Of a stretch of DNA of 64,000 nucleotides, positions 53,384 through 64,000 are shown one piece after another. The notes below the pieces were generated by a model that was not told where the DNA came from, made no database searches, and saw nothing but the letters and a program-made list of their open reading frames with translations. The position numbers and the translations under genes are program-made. How positions within the stretch are numbered: the first letter of the stretch is position 1; each line of letters opens with the position of its first letter. This DNA comes from a bacterium (lineage in GTDB: Bacteria > Patescibacteriota > Minisyncoccia > Moranbacterales > GWC2-37-73), in the NCBI GenBank assembly GCA_037140955.1, contig JBAXDL010000002.1, positions 105,846 to 169,845 on the forward strand, in the 5' to 3' direction.

Positions 53384-56300
53384 TTAGCGGAAGCGACCAG
53401 CACCGCGAACCCTGGCAGCGCCACGCAAGATGCCTTCTGGTTTCAAATTTTTAGTGATAAAATAATAAACCGATTCGCTGCCGTATGCGCCAACTGCAAA
53501 ATCATCCGCACCATCACCATTAAAATCACTCATCACCGCAGCTGTGCCAAAAGCACTGCCATTAATTGCGTCACCTGAAAATTTCATGTCAGCATATGTC
53601 TGAGCACCTACAGTCGGCAAAGAGCCATCATTAAAATAAACCCATAAATCATTTCTAAGCTGGCTTCTCTCTGAACCAACCAATAAATCTTTTTTTCCAT
53701 CCAGATTAAAATCGCCAGCTAATAAAGTACCACCGAAAGCAAAATTACTACTCGCTGTAAGTAGCCAACTTGCACTAGCAGCCAAGGCTGGATAAGTACC
53801 ATTATAGAAAATATAAACCCTGCCATTGCCATTATAATTATTATACCTATAAGCACCAACAACCAAATCATCTCTGCTGTCATTGTTAAAATCACCAACT
53901 GTAAAGGCTGCGCCAAAAAAATTGTTAGTTGCCTCACCAGTGATGTTTGCATCAGCATTAGAAATCGTTGTCAAGGGAAGCAAAAGTTGTGAGCCACTTG
54001 TCAAATGCGTGCTGCTGTAAAAAAGATAAGTTCGGCCAGTGTTAGTTGAAAATCCATAGGCACCCACTGCCAAATCTGTTTTGGTGTCAAAATCAAAATC
54101 ACCCACACCAAAAGCTGAACCAAGATAGTTACTAGTTGTCTCGCCAGTAATGATAATGTCAGCATTGGAAAGATTTGAAAGTGACAAAAGAACTTGCGAG
54201 CCACTGGTCAGGCGCGCGCTTTTGAAAACATAAGCTCGGCCAGTGTTGGTTGAAAATCCATAGGCACCGACTGCCAAATCTGTTTTAGTGTCCCCATTAA
54301 AATCTCCCACTGCCAAGGTGTTGCCAAAATAATTGTTAGCAGCTTCGCCAGTGATAATAGAATCAGCATTGGCAGCCAAAGCTGGAAGATTATTATCATT
54401 ATTAAAAACATACGCTCTGCCAGTGTTTGTCGAAAATCCATAGGCACCCACCGACAAATCTGTTTTGGTGTCAGCATTGAAATCCCCCGTCATCAAAGCG
54501 CCGCCAAAAAAGTCACCAACATTTTCCCCCGTAATGTTTGTGTCAGCATTGGTAGAGGTTGGGGCCTTGCCGGAGTTGTAGAAAAAATAAACTCTTCCGG
54601 TGCTGCCAGCATATCCAGGAGAGCCCACCACCAAATCAACTCTGCTATCACCATTAAAATCTCCAGCCGCCAAAGCATATCCAAATTTGTCATAATTGAC
54701 CGTGTTTGAAATTGAAAAATCAGCACCAGCAGAAGTAGCAGGATAAGATCCTTTACTATTAAAAATATAAACGCGACCAATAGGATAAGAATATCCATAA
54801 CCACCAACAACAAGATCGTTTTTTCCATCAGCATTAAAATCACCAGCAGCAAAAGAACCTCCAAAATAACCATTGGCTATAGTTCCATCAATAATAACAT
54901 CCCCATTATTAGCACTACACGAAGAGGGAGTTCCCGAACAAACAGCTGTGCCAAAATTATTTGTTCCATCTGCGTAGAAAAGATACACCCTTCCTACATT
55001 AGAATTGTAACCATAATAACCAACTGCCAAATCTGTTTTTCCATCAGCATTAAAATCTCCAGCAAAAACATTACTATAACTAATAAAAAAATTATAAATA
55101 TAAGCATTAGCTCCTGCCGTAGTAGCAGGATAAGCACCACTATTATTATAAAAAAGATAAAGATAATTCGTACCAGAATCACCAACAGCCAAATCTGTTT
55201 TTCCATCAGCATTAAAATCTCCAGCTGTAATTCTGGCACCAAATGTATTGAAAGAATTAGCTCCTTGAATAATAGCACTTGCAGTGTCAGCATTCCTTGT
55301 TGTGACATTTCCATTATGAAATATATATACGCGACCATGATTTGTGCCATTATTATAATAATCAGCACCAACAGCCAAATCTGTTTTTGTGTCACCATTA
55401 AAATCTCCAGCAGCGAGAGAGTATCCAAACCTTCCCGCATTAATAACTTCACCTGTCAAAATAGCATCAGCATTGGCAGCCAATGTTTGATAAGGTGCAT
55501 TATAAAAAACATATACTCGTCCAGCATCTGCCATGGATCCTGGATTATAACCATAAGCACCAACAGCCAAATCAGTTTTTATGTCACCATTAAAATCACC
55601 GATCGCAAAAGAAGCTCCAAAATAATTATTAGTTGCTTCGCCAGCAATGATCAAATCAGCTGCGCTATTAAAAGTTGGATATGATCCATCATTATAAAAA
55701 ATATATACTCGACCAGTGGACGATGAATAATATTGATCAGTAACCAACAAATCCATATTGCCATCAGAATTAAAATCTCCTGCACCAATAGAAGCTCCAA
55801 AATTAAAACTAGCATAAACATCTGAAATCATCACGTCCGCTCCACCACTCACATTAGACATTGATCCATCATTATAAAAAATATACACCCGACCGGAAGT
55901 TCCAGCGCCATTCAATGTCATACCAACTGCCAAATCTGTTTTTCCATCAGCATTGAAATCTCCCGCAGCCAAAGACCTCCCAAAATAACCATCGGTTGCA
56001 AAGTCATTGACATATGAATTTTTTATAACCTTTCCACTCTCTTTGAAGCCATTATTGGAATAAAAAGCATATACAAAGCCAGTTGATGGCCACTGCGTTG
56101 AGCAAAGCAAGTCCACGCGCCCATCATTATTAATATCCATAACTGCCATATTTAAACCAAAATATCCAAAATCACCAGGAGCGGCTGAGATCATAACATC
56201 GGCATAATCACCATTATTTGGCATGGAACCATCATTATAAAAAATCTTAACATTACTACCGCCACTCCACTTGTATTGATATGTAGCAAGATCTTTTTTT

Positions 56301-58366
56301 CCATCGCCATCAAAGTCGCCCGCCACAATCTTAACAGCAAAATCCTTATCAGTAACAGCAGCATCAGTGATCACAAAATCAGCAGCACTGGACAATGCTG
56401 GATACACTCCATCGTTATAAAAAATATAAATTTTCCCAGTGCCACTAACGCTTCCGCCAGACGCAATCAGATCTAATTTTCCATCATTATTTAAATCGCT
56501 AAAAAGTATAGACTCTCCAAATTCATATATTCCAGATTCACCAGCAATCACAAAATCAGCGCCAGTTGCATTTTTTGTTACAATAGCACCATTATAGAAA
56601 ACATAAACATATCCATAATTTGGGTTTGATTGTGGAGAACTAGAAATCAAGTCCGTTTTTCCATCAGCATTAAGATCTCCAGCTGCCAAACCAGAGCCAA
56701 ATGAATCATTATTAGCATTACCAGTAAGTACCACATCAGCATTTGAAACACTGGAAGCAAGCGACAAAAGAATTTGGGAAGCTCCCGTTAACCTTGAACT
56801 ATAAAAAACATAAACCCTTCCTGTGTTTCCGGAAAATCTATAAGCTCCGATTGCCAAATCAGTCTTAGTGTCACCATTAAAGTCACCCACTGCAAAAGAA
56901 GAACCAAAATAGTTACTTGTAGCTTCACCGGAAATAATAACATTAGCATTGGCACTATTACAAACAAGTGGTGAGCTGCCAGTGCAAGCCACGGTGCCAA
57001 AATTTCCAGCCCCATTTCCATTCAATATATAAACACGACCAGAATATGTAGAATACTGAGAATAACCAATCACCAGATCATTTTTTCCGTCAGCATTGAA
57101 ATCACCAACACCAACCGAGTCACCAAAAAAAGCAGAACCAGCCACTCCATTAATAATAACATCGGCTCCGGCAGCAGTAGTTGGAACTGAATTATCACCA
57201 TAAAAAACATACACCCTACCAAGAGAAGAGTTATATCCATATGCTCCAACCACTAAATCATCTTTTCCATCACCATTAAAATCAGCAACCGCAATAGCAG
57301 AATAATTTCTACCATAAAAATCGTTAGACGATCCAAAATAACTACTCGCCTCCCCCGTGATCGTCATCCCCTCACTGGAAATCCCCGGAGCTACAAAAGA
57401 AATGGTCGGATCCAGCGCCAAAGGATATTGACTTTTTTGCACTGAAAAATTGAGAGAAATTTTGGAATTTTCGCTGTCCAACTCCCAATCAAGATTGGTT
57501 TTGTTTTTTTGTGCATCAACAAAATATGGGCGTGGAATGATGAAGTCTGGTTGCTTGTTTCCTTTTTCAATGTCAGCGCCCTCATCTTTTTGGAGGGCAA
57601 TTTTGGCTCGCTCGAAAAGATTGCTGTCCACTTGAGCTTTGACTTCTTCGTTTTTGACATCCTGCTGGCCAAAATAGAATCCTTCAATGTCACCATTGGA
57701 GTTTTTTTTGAGTTTCACGTTTTCAAAAGAGTATTGTTCTTTTTCTGTTCCATTTCCATTGTTGTATACAATCCAGTTTTTGACTTTTCTTTGTTGCTTT
57801 TGAGTGTCTCGTTGATAAGTATAATAGATTGATTTTCTTTTTTGTTGATCTTGATACTGTAAAATGTCTTGCCTTTTGGGATTTTCTTTTTGAAGCAGTG
57901 GATCGCTTTGGCTGATGGGGTTTTCTGTCTTGATGTCTTGCTTGGTGGAAAAAAGATTCAAATTGAAACCATCACCATTAGAGTCAGTCATGGAGAAGGA
58001 TCTTTGTTCGTCCAACTTGATTTGGATTTTTTTGGAATATTCTTTTGGAAAATCAACCACAAAGTTGTCCTCTGGGGCTGGGGTGATTTTTTCTTCTCCT
58101 TCTTTTTTTACTTGAATGGTTGGACCATTGGCTTTGGAGTCTGTGATCTCATAGTTTTCTCCTTGATCAGTCAGATTGCTTGTTGGCAAAGCTTGAATGT
58201 CATTTTGCACTTCTGCTCCTGCAGCCTTGGCTTTGGATGTTTCTGTTGCAAAGGTTGGGATAGTGTTAAGGGTTTTATATCCTAGGATTACGAGGTATGT
58301 TGAAAAAGAGGCTAAGATAATTCCTATTGAAGCGATGAGGATGGTTTTTTTATTTTTATGAAACAT
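53384..58366 (-). CDS. Giant FG-GAP (integrin-alpha-like beta-propeller) repeat surface protein
   Basis: N-terminal TM; about 20 FG..(A)GDFN.DGK.DL.VGA...GRVYIF repeats. Confidence 0.9.
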   Translation of the reverse strand: MFHKNKKTILIASIGIILASFSTYLVILGYKTLNTIPTFATETSKAKAAGAEVQNDIQALPTSNLTDQGENYEITDSKANGPTIQVKKEGEEKITPAPEDNFVVDFPKEYSKKIQIKLDEQRSFSMTDSNGDGFNLNLFSTKQDIKTENPISQSDPLLQKENPKRQDILQYQDQQKRKSIYYTYQRDTQKQQRKVKNWIVYNNGNGTEKEQYSFENVKLKKNSNGDIEGFYFGQQDVKNEEVKAQVDSNLFERAKIALQKDEGADIEKGNKQPDFIIPRPYFVDAQKNKTNLDWELDSENSKISLNFSVQKSQYPLALDPTISFVAPGISSEGMTITGEASSYFGSSNDFYGRNYSAIAVADFNGDGKDDLVVGAYGYNSSLGRVYVFYGDNSVPTTAAGADVIINGVAGSAFFGDSVGVGDFNADGKNDLVIGYSQYSTYSGRVYILNGNGAGNFGTVACTGSSPLVCNSANANVIISGEATSNYFGSSFAVGDFNGDTKTDLAIGAYRFSGNTGRVYVFYSSRLTGASQILLSLASSVSNADVVLTGNANNDSFGSGLAAGDLNADGKTDLISSSPQSNPNYGYVYVFYNGAIVTKNATGADFVIAGESGIYEFGESILFSDLNNDGKLDLIASGGSVSGTGKIYIFYNDGVYPALSSAADFVITDAAVTDKDFAVKIVAGDFDGDGKKDLATYQYKWSGGSNVKIFYNDGSMPNNGDYADVMISAAPGDFGYFGLNMAVMDINNDGRVDLLCSTQWPSTGFVYAFYSNNGFKESGKVIKNSYVNDFATDGYFGRSLAAGDFNADGKTDLAVGMTLNGAGTSGRVYIFYNDGSMSNVSGGADVMISDVYASFNFGASIGAGDFNSDGNMDLLVTDQYYSSSTGRVYIFYNDGSYPTFNSAADLIIAGEATNNYFGASFAIGDFNGDIKTDLAVGAYGYNPGSMADAGRVYVFYNAPYQTLAANADAILTGEVINAGRFGYSLAAGDFNGDTKTDLAVGADYYNNGTNHGRVYIFHNGNVTTRNADTASAIIQGANSFNTFGARITAGDFNADGKTDLAVGDSGTNYLYLFYNNSGAYPATTAGANAYIYNFFISYSNVFAGDFNADGKTDLAVGYYGYNSNVGRVYLFYADGTNNFGTAVCSGTPSSCSANNGDVIIDGTIANGYFGGSFAAGDFNADGKNDLVVGGYGYSYPIGRVYIFNSKGSYPATSAGADFSISNTVNYDKFGYALAAGDFNGDSRVDLVVGSPGYAGSTGRVYFFYNSGKAPTSTNADTNITGENVGDFFGGALMTGDFNADTKTDLSVGAYGFSTNTGRAYVFNNDNNLPALAANADSIITGEAANNYFGNTLAVGDFNGDTKTDLAVGAYGFSTNTGRAYVFKSARLTSGSQVLLSLSNLSNADIIITGETTSNYLGSAFGVGDFDFDTKTDLAVGAYGFSTNTGRTYLFYSSTHLTSGSQLLLPLTTISNADANITGEATNNFFGAAFTVGDFNNDSRDDLVVGAYRYNNYNGNGRVYIFYNGTYPALAASASWLLTASSNFAFGGTLLAGDFNLDGKKDLLVGSERSQLRNDLWVYFNDGSLPTVGAQTYADMKFSGDAINGSAFGTAAVMSDFNGDGADDFAVGAYGSESVYYFITKNLKPEGILRGAARVRGAGRFR

Positions 58367-58393
58367 TAAGTTAATTGTAACATGCATTAAATA

Positions 58394-58540
58394 ATTTCAA
58401 AATCCAAAAATCAAATACCAAATCAAATCCAAGTCTCAAGATAAAAAAATTTAAAAATATTATGCCCTATTTTTTAATTTGAAATTTGGATTTTGAAATT
58501 TGAAATTAATTTATCATTTGGATTTTGAAATTTGGATTTA
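58394..58540. repeat. R3 heptamer inverted repeat block
   Basis: caaaatc-caaaaat-caaatac ... gaaattt-ggatttt-gaaattt. Confidence 0.75.
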
Positions 58541-58551
58541 CCTATATGTTC

Positions 58552-61500
58552 TTACCGAAACTTCACCTTGCCATGAATTTTGAAAGCACCTTTGGCCTTT
58601 ATAAGTCCTTGAAAATTTGGACCAGCTTCGAAGGGATAGACAAAAAATGTTCCGGCACTTGATGATGCTGTTGGAGCACCGACAATCAAGTCTGGATTTC
58701 CGTCGCCAGAAAGATCGGCCACAGCCAAAGATGAACCAAAACTTGCAGCTGTCAGTGGAGAGCCAATAGCGATGCCAGTGATTGATCCAGCCACACCAGA
58801 AGTGATACCTTTGTTGTCATAAAACAAATATGTTCGTCCAGCAGAGGATGAATATCCATAAGATCCAACGGCAAGATCAGTTTTTCCATCAGAATTGAAA
58901 TCACCAGCAACCATGGAACTGCCAAAGTAGTTCGAACTTGCCTCTCCAGTGATAAGAGCATCAGCAGAGGTTGCATTTTTTGTTGTAATATTTCCACCAT
59001 AAAAAACATAGACGCGACCAGCATTAGTTGCATATGCATTTCCACTTATTGCCAAATCCATCTTGCCATCAGCATTAAAATCTCCAGCAATCAAAGATGA
59101 TCCAAGCGCACTATTTGCTTCTCCGGATATAATAACATCAGCATTTGTAGCCAAACATGATGATTGCGCGCCAGCACAAACAGCGGTGCCAAAATTATTT
59201 GTCCCATCAGCATAAAAAACATAGGCGCGACCATTGGTTGATGTGTATGTGTTTGCACCAACTGCCAAATCTGTTTTACCATCAGAATTGAAATCGCCAG
59301 AAGCCAAAGACAAACCAAAGTTATTGCTAGTTGTCTCACCTGTGATTAAAACATTAGCAGCACCAACAGCCACAGGAGAAACGAAACTGCCACCATAAAA
59401 AATATAAACGCGGCCAGTATAGGTACTATAATTAAAAGAACCAATGGCCAAATCTGTTTTACCGTCAACATTGAAATCACCAGCCGCAAAAGACCAACCA
59501 AAAAAATCAGCCGTGGTGCCACCAGTCAAAACAACATTTGCAGAAATAGCAGTTATGGCCGCAGCCAAACCACTACCACCATAAAAAATGTATGCCCTGC
59601 CAGTGCTAACATTAAAACCATATGCACCAACAACAAAATCCACCACGCCATCAGCATTAAAATCTCCAGCAGTCAACGACGAGCCAAAATAATTTCCAGC
59701 AGCCTCGCCAGTAATCACTACATCGGCTGTAGCGGCAGTGGTTGGAATTGCGCCATCGTTATAAAAAATATATGTTCTTCCGGTGCTGGCAGCAGCTCCA
59801 GGATTGAAACCAGTGGCGCCAACCGCCAAATCGATTTTTCCGTCGCCATTAAAATCTCCAGTAGTCATGGATGTTGCAAATTGACTTGCTGTTTCACCAA
59901 CTGATTTTGTTTCGTTGGAGGTGTAAATATAGACTTTGCCAGCACTAAGGTAATTATTAATAATATAATCACAAGCTCCCACAATCAAATCTGTTTTGCC
60001 GTCATTGTTGAGATCACCAGCAACCACAATAAAGCCAAATTTGTCATTAACCTTTTCACCAAAAACTTTTACATCCGCTGCTCCAGCAGTGGTTGGAATT
60101 GAACCATCATTATTGAAAACATAGACAGCACCTTTATTGATCTGATATGTGAATGTTCCAACAGCCAAGTCAGTTCTTCCATCAGCGTTGAAATCACCCG
60201 AAGCCAAGGTGTTGCCAAACCAGCTTCCACTTTCTCCAGCAATTGAAACATCGGCAGTTGCTGAAGTTGCTGGATATGGCAAACCATCATTGTTGAAAAT
60301 AAAAACAGCGCCAGAGCCAGCAGAATATCCAAATGCGGCAACAGCAAGATCAATTCTGCCATCCGAATTGAAATCTCCAGCAGCAAGAGCTGAGCCGAAG
60401 TTATTGTTAACTGCTCCACCTGTGATCACGACATCCGCAGTTGCCACAGTGGTCTGGGATATTCCATTATTATTATAGAAAATATATACTCTTCCTGTGG
60501 AGCCTGAATAATTAACTGAACCAAATGCCAAATCTGTTTTTCCATCAGCATTGAAATCGCCAGTGGTCATGGAATAAATACTGTCAGTTGATGAAATTTC
60601 CAAGTCTGCAGTGGCTGAAGTTGTCGGATATGCCAAGCCATCATTATTGAAAATAAAAACAGAAAGACTGCTTGCAACTGCAAGGTCAACTCTGCCATCA
60701 GCGTTGAAGTCGCCAGCAACAATATTTCGACCAAATTGACCAAGTGCTGTTGATCCAGTGATGACGACATCAGCATTAGCAGCAAGAGAAGGAAAAGAAC
60801 CATCGTTATAGAAAATATAGACGCGACCAAGATTAACACTGTTTGCATTGTCTCCGACTGCCAAATCGGTTTTTCCATCAGAGTTGAAATCGCCAGCAAC
60901 TATACCCGCTATACCAAAGTTACTGCTAGAATTTTCACCAGTAATAATAGCATCGGCACCGGATGCAAGATTTGTTATTGTGCCGTCATTATAATATATA
61001 TATATATATCTAGAACCGCCACCCACCGCCAAATCCATTTTTCCATCCGCATTAAAATCCCCTGTTGCCATTGAAGCACCAAACCTATACTGGCCACTAT
61101 CATATTTCCCAGTAATCGTCAGCTCCTGCCCCATCGCGCCTGAAATTCGGTTGGCAGTTTGAGTTTTTTGAATCTGCCAAGCATACGCATCGCGCGTTTC
61201 ATAGAAATAGACAGTGCCGGTGTTTGCATTTGTGCCGTATGCACCAACAACCAAGTCAGTTTTCCCATCAGAGTTGAAATCACCGGAAGTGATTGACGAG
61301 CAAAAATTATCATTGATTGCCCCGCCAGTCAAAACAACATCAGCATTGACTGCAGTTGTTGGAATTGAGCCGTCGTTATAGAAAATATACACCTTTCCAA
61401 TACTGGAAGAAACCCAAGCATCACCCAAGGCAAGATCTGTTTTTCCATCAGTATTGAAGTCGCCAACAGTCATGTATATTCCAAAAGTTGCACTTTCACC

Positions 61501-64000
61501 TGTGATCGTAACATTAGCTGAAGCTTCAGCAATGGAAGCAGAAAAACTTCCACCATAGAAAATACGAGTTACGCCATTATTGTTAGAATTTACAACAAGA
61601 TCTGTTTTTCCATCAGAGTTGAGGTCGCCAGAAGCAAGAGTTTGACCAAACATCTGCGAACCAGTGAAAGTGACGTCAGCGGAAGTTGCAACAAGGGTGG
61701 CTGGCAAGTTTCCGCCATAGAAAAGATAGACTTTACTGGTCCATTGGGAACAACCAACCGCCAAATCAGTTTTGCCATCGGCGTTGAAATCGCCAGCAGT
61801 CATGGAAGCTCCGAAATAATTGCTTGCAGCACCTGTGATGATGACATTGGCAGAGCTGGCAGAAATGGTTGTGGGCAAATTGGAACTGCCATAAAAAATG
61901 TATACTTGTCCAGTAGCTGCACCATACATCCAATCAGCAACACCCAAATCAGTTTTTCCATCAGCATTGAAATCGCCAACAGCCAAGGTAACACTAGTAG
62001 AAGTAGATCTTGCTCCCGAAATAACCACATCAGCTCCAGAGGAAGTTGCAGGTATTGTGCCATCACCAAAAAAAATACATACATTATTACCGCAACCAAC
62101 TGCCAAATCAATTTTACCATCCGCATTGAAATCACCAGCAGTCATGGAAGTTCCAAAATAATTATTCGTAGCACTTCCCACAATTTTCTTGTTCGTATTC
62201 ACCTGCCCATTTTGGGAATAGAAGATATAGGCACGACCAGTACTAGCGGAAAATCCATAAGCTCCTACAGACAAATCAGCTTTTCCATCTCCATTAAAGT
62301 CTCCAGCAACCAAGGATCCACCAAAATAATCACTAGCGTTCTCACCAGCGATTGTCACGCTCGCGCTTACCGCAGTAATTGTTGCAGCAAGCGAGCCGCC
62401 ATAAAAAATATATACCTTGCCATTGTCAAAAGCAGAATAATGATCAGCAGATACAGCCAAGTCAGTTTTTCCATCAGCATTGAAATCACCAGCAACCAAG
62501 GAAATACCAAAATGATCATTACTAGCCTCGCCAGAAATTATAACATTAGCACCAGTACTTGCTAAAATAGTACCTGCCAAGCTTCCACCGTAAAAAATAT
62601 ATGCTCGCCCAGCACCTGTGCCATAACCATAAGCGCCGACAGCCAAGTCGGTTTTTCCATCAGCATTAAAATCACCTGCGGATATGACATACCCAAAATA
62701 GTTACTTGTTGCCTCACCAGAAATTACAACGCTAGCATTTGAAAGTGTTGTCAATGGAAGTGAAAATGGGGCACCACCAGTAAGATTGTCACTATAAAAA
62801 ACATACGCCCTGCCAGTGCTACCATTATAAGACCTAATCCCAACGGCCAAGTCAGTTTTTCCATCAGCGTTAAAATCACCAGCAACCATACTTGTTGCAA
62901 AAAAAGTTGCCCCTCCACTTTCAGGCGTGATAATGACATCAGCACTAGCAGAACTTGCGGGATATGAACCACCTTTATTGTAAAATATATCAACTTCCGA
63001 ACCGCTTCGCCCAATAGCAAGATCAGTCTTTCCATCAGCATTGAAGTCACCAATAGAGATTCCAACTGCTGATAAGCATGAAATTTTTACATCTGCAGAT
63101 GCAGCCAATGACGGGTAGGAACCATCATTATAAAAAATATAAGTTTTTCCTGCAACAGAAGCATTGGCGACAAGATCAGTTTTTCCATCAGCATTAAGAT
63201 CCCCAGCTGCAATTTGAATTCCAAAATATCCAAATTCACCATCAATAATAACGTCAGCAAGCTTGGAAAGAGAAGAAAAATTACCATCATTATAAAAAAT
63301 ATAAACACGTCCAGTATTTGTATTATAATATGGCGCATTTATTGCCAAATCCATCCGTCCATCAGCATTGAAATCTCCATTTGCCATAGAAATAGCAAAT
63401 TTATCACTAGCATTCTCTCCTGTGATCACACTTGCCGTGTTGCTCTGCCCAGGGGCGACAAAAGAAAGTGTTGGGTCAAGGGCAATGGGATATTGCTCAT
63501 TTTTGACTTCAAAATCAACAGAAATTGTTTTTCCATCTTCGGAAAGTGTCCAAGCAAGTTCCACCAACTGACCTTGCGAGTCAACAAAATATGGCCTCGG
63601 AACCGTGAAGTCTGGCATGGCATTGGAATCTTTGGACATGATGTCAGTGCCGGCATCGGCCATGATGGCCTTTTGAGCTCGAGCAAGCAGACTTTGATCA
63701 ACTTCAGCCATGGCCTGTTGGTTTTGGGCATCTTTTCCATTATCAAAAAAAACTTTAGCATTGCCATCTTGATCAATTGCAATTTTGGCATTGGAAAATT
63801 CATAGGCTTCACTTTCTTTGCCATTGCCAGAAGCAAAAAGTGTCCAACTTTTGAGTTTGCGCTCGCCCGTGGTTGCTTCTTTTTGATAGGCAAAATATGA
63901 GCTTTTTCGCTTGTCTTGACTTTGATATTCCACAAAGTTTTTGAGTTGCTCAGGCAAAGTGGCATTTTTGTTTTCTGGCAAAAGGGTTGTTGGATCAATT
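58552..64000 (-). CDS. Giant FG-GAP repeat surface protein, paralogue of 53384-58366 (5' end beyond window)
   Basis: Frame is open to the window edge; shared RPYFVD...YP.ALDPT.SFVAPG domain; about 24 FG-GAP repeats. Confidence 0.9.
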   Translation of the reverse strand, partial: IDPTTLLPENKNATLPEQLKNFVEYQSQDKRKSSYFAYQKEATTGERKLKSWTLFASGNGKESEAYEFSNAKIAIDQDGNAKVFFDNGKDAQNQQAMAEVDQSLLARAQKAIMADAGTDIMSKDSNAMPDFTVPRPYFVDSQGQLVELAWTLSEDGKTISVDFEVKNEQYPIALDPTLSFVAPGQSNTASVITGENASDKFAISMANGDFNADGRMDLAINAPYYNTNTGRVYIFYNDGNFSSLSKLADVIIDGEFGYFGIQIAAGDLNADGKTDLVANASVAGKTYIFYNDGSYPSLAASADVKISCLSAVGISIGDFNADGKTDLAIGRSGSEVDIFYNKGGSYPASSASADVIITPESGGATFFATSMVAGDFNADGKTDLAVGIRSYNGSTGRAYVFYSDNLTGGAPFSLPLTTLSNASVVISGEATSNYFGYVISAGDFNADGKTDLAVGAYGYGTGAGRAYIFYGGSLAGTILASTGANVIISGEASNDHFGISLVAGDFNADGKTDLAVSADHYSAFDNGKVYIFYGGSLAATITAVSASVTIAGENASDYFGGSLVAGDFNGDGKADLSVGAYGFSASTGRAYIFYSQNGQVNTNKKIVGSATNNYFGTSMTAGDFNADGKIDLAVGCGNNVCIFFGDGTIPATSSGADVVISGARSTSTSVTLAVGDFNADGKTDLGVADWMYGAATGQVYIFYGSSNLPTTISASSANVIITGAASNYFGASMTAGDFNADGKTDLAVGCSQWTSKVYLFYGGNLPATLVATSADVTFTGSQMFGQTLASGDLNSDGKTDLVVNSNNNGVTRIFYGGSFSASIAEASANVTITGESATFGIYMTVGDFNTDGKTDLALGDAWVSSSIGKVYIFYNDGSIPTTAVNADVVLTGGAINDNFCSSITSGDFNSDGKTDLVVGAYGTNANTGTVYFYETRDAYAWQIQKTQTANRISGAMGQELTITGKYDSGQYRFGASMATGDFNADGKMDLAVGGGSRYIYIYYNDGTITNLASGADAIITGENSSSNFGIAGIVAGDFNSDGKTDLAVGDNANSVNLGRVYIFYNDGSFPSLAANADVVITGSTALGQFGRNIVAGDFNADGRVDLAVASSLSVFIFNNDGLAYPTTSATADLEISSTDSIYSMTTGDFNADGKTDLAFGSVNYSGSTGRVYIFYNNNGISQTTVATADVVITGGAVNNNFGSALAAGDFNSDGRIDLAVAAFGYSAGSGAVFIFNNDGLPYPATSATADVSIAGESGSWFGNTLASGDFNADGRTDLAVGTFTYQINKGAVYVFNNDGSIPTTAGAADVKVFGEKVNDKFGFIVVAGDLNNDGKTDLIVGACDYIINNYLSAGKVYIYTSNETKSVGETASQFATSMTTGDFNGDGKIDLAVGATGFNPGAAASTGRTYIFYNDGAIPTTAATADVVITGEAAGNYFGSSLTAGDFNADGVVDFVVGAYGFNVSTGRAYIFYGGSGLAAAITAISANVVLTGGTTADFFGWSFAAGDFNVDGKTDLAIGSFNYSTYTGRVYIFYGGSFVSPVAVGAANVLITGETTSNNFGLSLASGDFNSDGKTDLAVGANTYTSTNGRAYVFYADGTNNFGTAVCAGAQSSCLATNADVIISGEANSALGSSLIAGDFNADGKMDLAISGNAYATNAGRVYVFYGGNITTKNATSADALITGEASSNYFGSSMVAGDFNSDGKTDLAVGSYGYSSSAGRTYLFYDNKGITSGVAGSITGIAIGSPLTAASFGSSLAVADLSGDGNPDLIVGAPTASSSAGTFFVYPFEAGPNFQGLIKAKGAFKIHGKVKFR

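Noticed and set aside
61642-63900. Long + strand ORFs (307 aa, 228 aa) opposite the FG-GAP gene
   Set aside because: Antisense shadows of a repetitive, codon-biased gene with no recognisable motifs. The same applies to the other short overlapping ORFs in the track.

Overview
Low-GC chromosomal window, most likely from a Patescibacteria/CPR (Parcubacteria, Moranbacteria-like) bacterium; this is inferred from gene content and style, not from a search. Most genes are on the minus strand. Contents in order: 3' end of topA; a ~2,730-aa beta-helix/FN3 surface protein; a short RelA/SpoT; parBA; tRNA-Leu(CAA); a Cam/CcmM-type gamma carbonic anhydrase; a five-gene Ehr/Hyf-like membrane complex directly downstream of a complete F1Fo ATP synthase operon; a divergent sigma70; SPFH, tatD, metG, a lytic transglycosylase, rplY and rodA; a 23S-5S rRNA unit with no linked 16S; and a ~20-kb surface-protein locus (cohesin, FN3 and dockerin proteins, an O-antigen-ligase/TPR protein, two giant FG-GAP proteins). 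Main observations: (1) the Ehr-like complex lacks the NiFe ligands and also all four [4Fe-4S] cysteines of its small subunit, yet its ion-pumping subunits are intact; (2) the rplY leader holds a circularly permuted copy of 5S rRNA loop E; (3) a non-enzymatic cohesin/dockerin cluster; (4) several structured intergenic repeat families, one of which also appears in frame inside metG and atpH; (5) a ~135-nt expansion in 23S helix 79; (6) self-contained orphan gene cassettes, two of them antisense inside the atp operon. All calls come from reading the sequence by eye; no searches or folding programs were run.
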